Position numbers and translations under genes: made by a program. A model generated the notes under the pieces. That model was not told the origin of the DNA. It ran no database searches and worked only from the letters and a program-made list of their open reading frames with translations. From assembly GCF_963921235.1 (NCBI RefSeq), contig NC_086108.1:68574001-68638000 (forward strand): a stretch of 64,000 nt of DNA, in the 5' to 3' direction. Source of the stretch: Mobula hypostoma (lineage: Eukaryota). This document shows positions 1 through 9,486 of this stretch, in pieces (positions within the stretch are counted from its first letter, which is position 1; the number at the start of each line of letters is the position of its first letter).

Positions 1-1899
1 GTGTGTAGGGGAACACTTTGGTTCCAGTGATCATAACACCATTAGTTTCAACTTGATCATGGATAAAGATAGATCTGGTCCTTGGGTTGAGGTTCTAAAC
101 AGGAAAAAGGCCAAAATTGAAGAAATGAGAAAGGATCTAGAAAGTGTGGATTGGGACAGGTTGTTCTCTGGCAAGAATGTGATTGGTAAGTAGGAGGCCT
201 TCAAAGGAGAAATTTTGAGAGTGCAGAGTTTGTATGTTCCTGTCAGGATTAAAGGCAAAGTGAATAAGAATAAGGAACCTTGGTTCTCAAGGGATATTGG
301 AACTCTGATAAAGAAGAAGAAAGAGATGTATGACATGTATAAGAAACAGGGAGCAAATAAGGTGCTTGAGGAGTATAAAAAGTGCAAAAAAATACTTAAC
401 AAAGAAATCAGGAGGGCTAAAAGAAGACATGAGGTTGCTTTGGCAGACAAGGTGAAGGATAATCCAAAGAGCTTCTACAGGTATATTAAGAGCAAAAGGA
501 TAGTAAGGGATAAAATTGGTCCTCTTGAAGATCAGCGTGGTCGGCTATGTATGGAATCAAAAGAAATGGGGGAGATTTTAAATAGATTTTCTGCGTCTGT
601 ATTTACTAAGGAAACTGGTATGGAGTCAATGGAAATAAAGCAAACAAGTGGTGAGGTCATGGAACCTATACAAATTGAGGAGGAGGAGGTGCTTGCTATC
701 TTGAGGGAAATCAGAGTAGATAAATCCCCAGGACCTGACCGGATAATCCCTTGGACTTTGAAATTGCAGGGGCCCTGGCAGATATATTTAAAATGTCAGT
801 ATCTACGGGTGAGGTGCTGGAGGATTGGAGAGTGGCTCATGTTGTTCCGTTATTTAAAAAAGGCTCTAAAAGTAATCCGGGAAATTATAGGCCAGTAAAT
901 TTGACGGCAGTAGTAGATAAATTATTGCAAGGCGTACTGAGAGATAAGATCTACAGGTATTTGGATAGACAGGGACTTATTAGGGAGAGTCAACGTGGCT
1001 TTGTGTGTGATAGGTCATGTTTGACCAATCTATTGGAGTTTTTCGAGGAGGTTACCAGGAAAGTGGATGAAGGGAAGGCAGTGGATATTGTCTACATGGA
1101 CTTCAGTAAGGCCTTTGACAAGGTTCCGCATGGGAGGTTAGTTAGGAAAATTCATTCGCTAGGTATACATGGAGAGGTGGTAAATTGGATTAGACATTGG
1201 CTCAATGGAAGAAGCCAAAGAGTGATAGTAGAGAATTGCTTCTCCGAGTGGAGGCCTGTGACTAGTGGTATGCCACAGGGATCAGTGCTGGGTCCATTGT
1301 TATTTGTCATCTATATCAATGATCTGGATGATAATGTGGTAAATTGGATCAGCAAATTTGCTGATGATACAAAGATTAGAGGTGTAGTAGACAGTGAGGA
1401 AGGTTTTCAGAGCCTGCAGAGGGACTTGGACCAGCTGGAAAAATGGGCTGAAAAATGGCAGATGGAGTTTAATACAGACAAGTGTGAGGTATTGCACGTT
1501 GGAAGGACAAACCAAGGTAGAACATACAGGGTAAATGGTAAGGCACTGAAAAATGCAGTAGAACAGAGGTATCTGGGAATACAGATACAAAATACCCTAA
1601 AAGTGGCATCACAGGTACATAGGGTCGTAAAGAGAGTTTTTGGTACATTGGCCTTTACACAATACTCCAAATTCGGCCTCACTAATGCCTTATACAACCT
1701 CACCATAACATTCCAACTCTTATACTCAATACTTTGATTTTTGGTCACCAAATTACAGTAAGGATATTAATAAGGTTGAAAGAGTGCAGAGAAGGTTTAC
1801 AAGGATGTTGCCGGGACTTAAGAAACTGAGTTACAGAGAAAGGTTGAATAGGTTAGGACTTTATTCCCTGGAGCGTAGAAGAATGAGGGAAGATTTGAT

Positions 1900-2368
1900 C
1901 AGTCAATCGGTGGGTGCTGTCCCGAATCCAGGGTTGGTGGCTGTACACCTCCATCTTCTTTGATCTTGCGACTGCACTGAGTACAGCCTCTCCTCCAGTT
2001 TGTTCTCGCTGGCCACCTTGGCACCGCCTACCGCTGCCCCCACCGACCTCGAGCCCGAGGCCGTCTTGGCCTCCAGCCGCGGCTGCTTCTTCAAGCTCGT
2101 CCCTTCCTTAGGCAGCGGCCTTGGGCAGATCCAGGCACACGGTGCAGCGCCCAAGTCATCATCTCTTCTAACCAGGTGCATAGCATACAACTCGAGGTGA
2201 GGCTTTAGCCTCTTCCACGGAAGATGGCTTTTGGCTCACAAGGAGCTCATCCACCCTTTGTCAGGTCTTGTTTTTTTTAGCCCTGCTGGGTGTCCTCACA
2301 CCCTCCTCACCAGACTAAGTCTGGTGGGGGAACCGGCCCAAGTCGCCGACCACTCGACCACGGCCCCC
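1900..2368 (-). mobile_element. Short non-autonomous retroelement (RTE-like bipartite/SINE-like) inserted in CR1 and carrying a host exon fragment
   Basis: Flanked by an 11-bp near-perfect direct repeat: GAAGATTTGAT (1889-1899) and GAAGATCTGAT (2369-2379). Minus-strand head starts GGGGGCCGTGGTCGAGTGG and has several hairpins. The 3' part encodes SQDQRRWRCTATN..., resembling RTE ORF C-termini, and ends in a GATT/GACT-type tail. Confidence 0.6.
1974..2148 (-). pseudogene. ZFTRAF1: Captured fragment of a ZFTRAF1/CYHR1-like (cysteine/histidine-rich protein 1) coding exon, segments in permuted order
   Basis: Minus strand gives [11 protein letters not shown] (2146-2114) and ...KKQPRLEA...[11 protein letters not shown] (to ~1975). 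Together these match the conserved [21 protein letters not shown] motif I recognise from CYHR1/ZFTRAF1. The segment is GC- and CpG-rich, unlike its flanks. Confidence 0.8.
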
Positions 2369-2758
2369 GAAGATCTGATGGAGGTAAATAAAATGATGAT
2401 GGGTATTGACAGAGTGAATGCAAGCAGGCTTTTTCCACTGAGGCTAGGGAAGAGAAAAAACAGAGGACATGGGTTAAGGGTGAAGGGGGAAAAGTTTAAA
2501 GGGAACATTAGCGGGGGCTTCTTCACACAGAGAGTGGTGCGAGTGTGGCCTCATCACAACAGTAGGAGGCCATGGACTGACATGTCGGAATAGGAAGGGG
2601 AAGCAGTTTGAAAAGCTCAAACGAATAAATAGAGGAGTAGCTCAAGCAGAGCAGCCTGTGGAAAGCGACCAGTGAAGGAGTGGAGCTTTGAGGCTTTGAC
2701 TTGAGAGGCTTCGATGAGAAGAGGCGGAGGACAAGCTTGTTCCCAGTTAGTCTTTACA

Positions 2759-3644
2759 ATGCCTCCTGAGATGGTGATGTGCCTCTCATGTCAGATGTGG
2801 CAGTCTTGGGGGAACTCCCCTCTCCCGCAGAATCACATCTGCCAGAAGTGCATGCGGCTGGGCGACATGGAAGACCGTGTAAGGAATCTGGAGCAGCAGC
2901 TGGATGACGTTCCACTCATAAGGGAGAATGAGGCAGTCATAGATGAGAGCTACAGGGAGGTAGTCACACCTAGGCTGTCGGAAGCAGGTCGTTGGGTGAC
3001 AGTCAGAGGTGTGAAAGCGAAGGTGAGCAGACAGGTAGTGCAGAGCACCCCTGTAGCCATTCCCTTGAATAATAAGTTTACCGTCCTGGATACTGTTGTC
3101 GGGGACGACCAACCAGGTGTGAGCCATGGAGGCAGGGAGAAGAGGAGCGCTGTCGTCATTGGAGAGGGGAGCAGACAGGAGATTTTGTGGACGTGAGAAA
3201 GACACCCACATGGTTTGTTGCCTCCCGGGTGCTAGGGTCCAGGATGTCTCTGACCGGGTGCACGACATCCTGGTACGAGAGGGAAAGCAACCAGAAGTCG
3301 TGGTACATGTTGGGACCAATGACATAGGCAGGAAGAGGGATGAGGTCCTGAAGTGTGAGTATCAGGAACTAGGCAGAAGGCTGAAGAACAGGACCTCAAG
3401 GGTGGCGTTCTCAGGATTGCTGTCAGTGCTACGTGACAGTGATGGTAAGAATTGGAGGAGATGGCAGTTGAATGCATGGCTGAGGAGTTGGTGCAGGGGG
3501 CAGGGTTTTTGATTTTTGGATCATTGGGATCTCTTCTGGGGAAGGTGGGACCTGTACAGATTGGATGGGTTACACCTGAACTCGAGGGAGAGCAATATCC
3601 TTGCAGGTAGGTTTGCTAGCATGGTTCGGGAGGGTTTAAACTAA
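2759..3644 (+). pseudogene. CR1 ORF1 (zinc-finger/coiled-coil + SGNH esterase), frameshifted
   Basis: CLSC...ICQKC, VCCLPGARVQDV, HVGTND and DGLHLN motifs are spread over ORFs 2714..3196, 3126..3512 and the downstream frame. Confidence 0.88.
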
Positions 3645-3769
3645 TTTGCAAGGGGGATAGGACCCAGAGCGATAGAGTAGTGAAAGAAGTGCATGGAGTA
3701 AAGCCAGATCTAACATATTGAGAGGCTTTGAGGAAAGAGAAACAGAATAAACAGTGTAAAGACAGTAAG

Positions 3770-6562
3770 GTAGAAGGGCTAAAGTGTGTGTACTTCAATG
3801 CAAGAAGCATCAGGAACAAAGGTGATGAACCGAGAGCTTGGATACATCCATGAAATTATAATGTAGTGGCCATTACAGAGACTTGGCTGGCACCAGGGCA
3901 GGAATGGATTCTCAATATTCCTGGATTTCAGTGCTTTAAAAGGGATAGAGAGGGAGGGGGAGGAGGGGTGGCATTACTGGTCAGGGATACCATTACAGCT
4001 ACAGAAAGGGTGGGTAATGTATCAGGATCCTCTTTTGAGTCAGTATGGGTGGAAGTCAGGAACAGGAACGGAGCAGTTACTCTATTGGGGGTATTCTATA
4101 GGCCCCCTGGTAGCAGCAGAGATACAGAGGAGCAGATTGGGAGGCAGATTTTGGAAAGGTGCAAAAATAACAGGGCTGTTATCATGGGTGACTTTAACTT
4201 CCCTAATATTGATTGGCACCTGATTAGTTCCAAGAGTTTAGATGGGGCAGAGTTTGTTAAGTGTGCCCAGGACGGATTCCTGTCACAGTATGTTGACAGG
4301 CCGACAAGGAGGAATGCCATACTAGATCTAGTATTTGGTAACAAACCGGGTCAGGTCACAGATCTCTCAGTGGGTGAGCATCTGGGGGACAGTGACCACT
4401 GCTCCCTGGCCTTTAGCATTATCATGGAAAAGGATAGAATCAGAGAGGACAGGAAAATTTTTAATTGGGGAAGGGCAAATTATGAGGCTATAAGGCTAGA
4501 ACTTGTGGGTGTGAATTGGGATGATGTTTTTGCAGGGAAATGTACTATGGACATGTGGTTGATGTTTAGGGATCTCTTGCAGGATGTTAGGGATAAATTT
4601 GTCCCAGTGAGGAAGATAAAGAATGGTAGGGTGAAGGAACCATGGGTGAAAAGTGAGGTGGAAAATCTAGTCAGGCGGAAGAAGGCAGCATACATGAGGT
4701 TTAGGAAGCAAGGATCAGATGGGTCTATTGAGGAATATAGGGAAGCAAGAAAGGAGCTTAAGAAGGGGCTGAGAAGAGCAAGAAAGGGGCATGAGAAGGC
4801 CTTGGTGAGCAGGGTAAAGGAAAACCCCAAGGCATTCTTCAATTATGTGAAGAAGAAAAGGATGACAGGAGTGAAGGTAGGACTGATTAGAGATAAAGGT
4901 GGGAAGATGTGCCTGGAGGCTGTGGAAGTGAGCGAGGTCCTCAATGAATACTTCTCTTCGGTATTCACCAATGAGAGGGAACTTGATGATGGTGAGGACA
5001 ATATGAGTGAAGTTGATGTTCTGGAGCATGTTGATATTAAGGGAGAGGAGGTGTTGGAGTTGTTAAAATACATTAGGACGGATAAGTCCCTGGGTTCTGA
5101 CAGAATATTCCCCAGGCTGTCCACGAGGCAAGGGAGGAGATTGCTGAGCCTCTGGCTAGGATCTTTATCTCCTCATTGTCCACGGGAATGGTACTGGAGG
5201 ATTGGAGGGAGGCAAATTTTGTCTCATTTTGTCCCCTTGTTCAAAAAAGGTAGTAGGGATAGTCCGGGTAATTATAGAGCAGGAGCCTTACGTCTGTGGT
5301 GGGAAAGCTGTTGGAAAAGATTCTTAGAGATAGGATCTATGGGCATTTAGAGAAACAGGGTCTGATCAGGGACAGTCAGCATGGCTTTGTGAAGGGCACA
5401 TCGTACCTAACAAGCCTGATAGAGTTCTTTGAGGAGGTGACCAGGCATATAGATGAGGGTAGTGCAGTGGATGTGATCTACATCAATTTTAGTAAGGCAT
5501 TTGAAAAGGTTCCACACGGTAGGCTTATTCAGAAAGTCAGAAGGCATGGGATCCAGGGAAGTTTGGCCAGGTGGCTTCAGAATTGGCTTGCCTGCAGAAG
5601 GCAGAGGGTCGTGGTGGACGGAGTACATTCGGATTGGAGGGTTGTGACTAGTTGTGTCCCACAAGGATCGGTTCTGGGACCTCTATTTTTATTAATGACC
5701 TGGAAGTGCAGGTAGAAGGGTGGGTTGGCAAGTTTGCAGACGACACAAAGGTTGGTGGTGTTGTGGATTGTGTAGAGGATTGTCAAAGATTGCAGAGAGA
5801 CATTGATAGGATGCAGAAGTGGGCTGAGAAGTGGCAGATGGAGTTCAACCCGGAGAAGTGTGAGGTGGTACACATTGGAAGGACAAACTCCAAGGCAGAG
5901 TACAAAGTAAATGGCAGGATACTTGGTAGTGTGGAGGAGCAGAGGGATCTGGGGGTACATGTCCACAGATCCCTGAAAGTTGCCTCACAGGTAGATAGAG
6001 TAGTTAAGAAAACATGAGGTGTTAGCTTTCATAAGTCGAGGGATAGAGTTTAAGAGTCACGAGGTAATGATGCAGCTCTATAAAACTCTGGTTAGGCCAC
6101 ATTTTGGAGTACTGTATCCAGTTCTGGTCGCCTCACTATAGGAAGGATGTGGAAGCACTGGAAAGGGTACAGAGGAGATTTAGCAGGATGCTGCCTAGTT
6201 TAGAGAGCATGCATTATGATCAGAGATTAAGGGAGCTAGGGCTTTACTCTTTGGAGAGAAAGAGGATGAGAGGAGACATGATAGAAGTAAACAAGATATT
6301 AAGAGGAATAGGTAGTGTGGATAGCCATCGCCTCTTTCTCAGGGCACCACTGCTCAATATAAGGAGACATGGCTTTAAGGTAAGGGGTGGGAAGTTCAAG
6401 GGGGATATTAGAGGAAGGTTTTTTACTCAGAGAGTGGTTGGTGCGTGGAATGCACTGCCTGAGTCAGTGGTGGATGCAGGTACACTAGTGAAATTTAAGA
6501 GACTACTAGACAGGCATATGGAGGAATTTAAGGTGGGGAGTTATATGGGAGGCAGGGTTTGA
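3770..6562 (+). pseudogene. CR1 ORF2 (APE endonuclease + RT), multiple frameshifts/stops
   Basis: AITETW, FYRPP, MGDFNFP, SDH, QHGFVKG, PQGSVLG and KFADDTK across ORFs 3866..5350, 5296..5715, 5652..6017 and 6104..6562. Confidence 0.92.
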
Positions 6563-6900
6563 TGGTCGGCACAACATTGTGGGCCGAAGGGCCTGTACTG
6601 TGCCGTACTATTCTATGTTCTATATTCTATAAGTGAAATTAAAATGGGTAGCCACTGGGAGATCCCACTTTTTTCTGGTGAGTAGAGCAGTCTCCCAATC
6701 TGCATTGGGTCTCACCGATATACAGGAGGCCACACTGGGAGCAGTAGATAACAATGCATGATGGCCCCAAACAAACTCACAGGTGAAATACAACCTCACC
6801 TGGAAGGACTATTTGGAGCCCTGAATGGTAGTGAGAGAGTAGGTGTAGGGGCAGGTGTAGCACTTGTTCCACTTGCGAGGCTAAGTGCCAGGAGGAAGCA

Positions 6901-6972
6901 TCGACTGTTTACTCTTTTCCATTGATGCTGCCTGGCCTGCTGAGTTCCTCCAACATTTTGTGTGTGTTGCTT
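6901..6972 (+). mobile_element. Penelope-like terminal (pLTR) fragment
   Basis: TCGACTG...GATGCTGCCTGGCCTGCTGAGTTCCTCC..CATTTTGTGTGTGTTGCT, the same terminus as the ORF-bearing copy at 38427-38500. Confidence 0.75.
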
Positions 6973-7542
6973 AAACTCCTAAGCAAGCTGTACATCTTTC
7001 CATCTATTGCAGTCAGTAACACTGGCACCTGCTTTTCATTGGCCATTTCATTTGCTTCAAAATACAGCTCAATCCGTTCAGTGTACATCATCCCAATGTG
7101 CATGCAATCTTCCCAATGTAGCCCACCATTTCTGCCTTTTTAAAAATTTATTTTTATCACCCAGTACTCACTGTTTATAAACCCATGGCCGTGCCCATTG
7201 CTTGTTAACTCCGTCTGTCTTCTGCCTTATTTTTCACTCGAACCTCTCTCCCACCTTCTGAAGAAAAAAACGTGTTGCACTTCATTTTAAAAATACCCTG
7301 TTGCCACTGTTATACATTGTAACTCCAAAAGCTATTGAAGGAAAAATGCAGGAGCTGGGATATAGTTTCCTTTTCCCTTTTTTTTAGTGAAGCACTCACA
7401 TATGACGTGGTGATGTAATGATGTATACCATTCATGTACTTTTACATATAACCCACAATGAATTATGCAAACAAAGAATGTTTTTTCAAGCAATATACTT
7501 ACAATATTACTCAAATATTACTGAAATATTGAATATACTACA
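6973..7542 (-). mobile_element. Gypsy LTR retrotransposon 5' fragment: LTR (7308-7542), PBS-like GTGGCAACAGG, start of gag
   Basis: TG...CA LTR similar to 26881-27123 and 48033-48264. ORF 6909..7103 (YTERIELYFEANE...VPVLLTAIDGKMYSLLRSL) is homologous to the gag at ~36380. Confidence 0.85.
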
Positions 7543-7952
7543 GAAGGCTCTGGGCCTGTACTCACTGGGTTTTAGAAGAACAAGGGGAGATCTCATTGAA
7601 ACCTATTGAGCATTGAAAGGCCTAGACAGAGTGGATGTGAACAGGATGTTTCCTATGGGGCGTGAGTCTAGGACCAGAGGCCGCAACCTCAGAATAAAGG
7701 GACGTCAACTTAGAACAGGAATGATAAGGGATTTCTTTAGCCAGAGGATGGTGAATCTCTGGAATTCATTTCCACAGATGGCTGTAGAGGCCACATCACT
7801 GAGTATATTTAAAGCAGTGGTTGATAGGTTCTTGGTTAGTCAGGGTGTCAAATTTTACGGGGAAAAGGCAGGAAAATGGGTTTGAGAGGGGCAATGTTGG
7901 CGCAGACTCGATGGACAGTGGCAAAATTCTGCTCCTACATCTTATATTCTTA
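7543..7952 (+). mobile_element. CR1 3' fragment
   Basis: LGLYSLGFRRTRGDLIETY / KGLDRVDV..MFP / FFSQRMVNLWNS. Confidence 0.85.
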
Positions 7953-8299
7953 TGGAAATTTCTGTTGCAAGTCATCCATCTGTGATATTGTGCTCAGTTT
8001 TTCTTCTCACCATCACTATGGTCTGGTCTGCTTGGCCCGTCCCACAGGCCTGAATTTTGCAGCGTTCAACACTCCTTTGTTTGGATCCTGAGACTCCGAC
8101 TGCCCTTGTTTCATACTGTTTATTCTTTTCTTTATTTCAAACCACTGGCATTACCTCTGACTGGATGCCCTCACTAAATTAGGCCTGTGATGATCTCAGA
8201 CTCAAGATCTCAGAGAGGGTCTCTTCTCCCCGTCCATTCCATCCACCCTTGCCCACAACCTTTGCTCTTCTCTGCTACTTAAAACTTCCTGAAGACCCT

Positions 8300-8560
8300 T
8301 CCTGAAAGAGGGTCTCTGCCCAAAACGTCAACTCATTGCCTTTGATGCTGACTGACCCGCTGAGCTCCCCCAGCATTTTGTGTGGGTTGCTTTGAATTTC
8401 CAACATCCACAGACTCTCTTGCATTTATAATTTAAAACTAACTTGTTTTCCCTCGTTCTCAGTCCTGGTAAAGAGTCTTCAGCCTGAAACAATAACTGTT
8501 TCTTTTGTCATTGAAGCTGTGGGATCTGCTGACGGTTTTCAGTATTTTCTATTGTTTTTA
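8300..8560 (+). mobile_element. Two tandem degenerate Penelope-like termini (8300-8425, 8455-8560)
   Basis: Decayed CCTGA..AGGGTCTC.GCCC.AAACGTC core followed by GATGCTG..GACCCGCTGAG..CCAGCATTTTGTGT. Confidence 0.6.
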
Positions 8561-9387
8561 ATAACAGATCCCAGTTATTTATTCACATGTTTGACATTTT
8601 TCTAGCTTTTGTATATATAGTGGATTAGTTGGAAAAGAGAATAGAGGCCCAGAAAGTGGAGCTCACTCCCTTTTGATATGCTAAATATGTACTGTATATA
8701 GCATTAACATCCACTTTGATCTCCCAAAAGGATTTGCAAAATTGAGCAATCATTTGTGAAAAGTAGCAACACTGCATTTATCACTTAAAGTCGTGGATAC
8801 GATCAAAACTCTAAGCGAAGCTTGCTGTTGCTATGTCATTGCCTCACTGAGCACTAGCAAGTCAAATCTTAACAAACAGTCTCCACAGTAAACCAACAGA
8901 TGGACAGCCATGGAGGGGAGCGAAGACGCAGAGCTCTCCTGCAGGTCTGAGATCACAACCTCTGCCACAGTGTGAACTAGTCTGATCGAATCTCGTGCCT
9001 TAAGGTATGCCAGGAGCTGCAGACTGATCAACTGATCTCTGCAAGCAGGTCTCATGTGACTGTTAAACAAAGGCTGTGATCATGGAAGGATGCTCTGGTG
9101 AATAATTCATGCAGGCCACACAGCTGGGGGATGCTGTGCGGGAAATTGATGTTACTCACTGTCCTTCTAATTGCTGTCTCATTGCTGAACCCTGCCCGAT
9201 ATGCTCAATTTTTTCAGAGTTAATGACAAAGGTCGCAGGTTTTCAGAAGCTCCATTTTCTGCTGATATTGGTGGGCATGTGCATAGCCTTTTTGATGATG
9301 TCATTAACTGAGTGAATACACTGGGCAAACATCAGCCAGAAAATCCACGGCTGATGTATCAGTGAACTATACATGGAGGTGCTAATC

Positions 9388-9486
9388 AAAGTTCAAAGTA
9401 AATTTATTAACAAAGTACATATATATCACCATATACAACCCTGAGATTAATTTTCTTGTGAGCATACTCAATAAATCCATAATAGA
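9388..9486 (-). mobile_element. Rex1/Babar-type LINE 3' tail fragment
   Basis: Reverse complement matches the tail at 51260-51330 (AATCTCAGGGTTGTATATGGTGA...AATAAATTTACTTTGAACTTT). Confidence 0.55.

Larger units (their letters stand above)
1..2548 (+). mobile_element. CR1-clade LINE, ORF2 (end of APE endonuclease + reverse transcriptase), decayed; cut by window start, 3' end missing; interrupted at 1900-2368
   Basis: Starts in VGEHFGSSDHN (APE C-terminus). ORFs 215..898 and 751..1737 carry KSPGPD, NYRPVNLT, YMDFSKAFDKVPH, PQGSVLGP and KFADDTK. Stops and frameshifts present. CR1 sequence resumes at 2369. Confidence 0.93.
2601..6630 (+). mobile_element. Near full-length CR1 LINE (5'UTR, ORF1, ORF2, 3'UTR, (CTATGTT)-type tail)
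   Basis: ORF1 has a Cys-finger and SGNH esterase; ORF2 has APE + RT; the 3' end reads GGGCCGAAGGGCCTGTACTG...TTCTATGTTCTATATTCTAT. Confidence 0.95.
2549..6897 (-). mobile_element. Penelope-like element remnant (GIY-YIG region), in two pieces (2549-2600, 6631-6897) split by a full-length CR1
   Basis: Both pieces align with the GIY-YIG region of the Penelope copies at 37777-38100 and 54950-55300 and join colinearly across the CR1. Confidence 0.75.

Noticed and set aside
1974..2148. Functional ZFTRAF1/CYHR1 exon or classical processed pseudogene
   Set aside because: Segments are out of order and in different frames, there are no further exons and no poly(A), and it is embedded in a TE.
2335..2368. 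tRNA gene on the minus strand
   Set aside because: Only an A-box-like start; no B-box/T-arm or cloverleaf.
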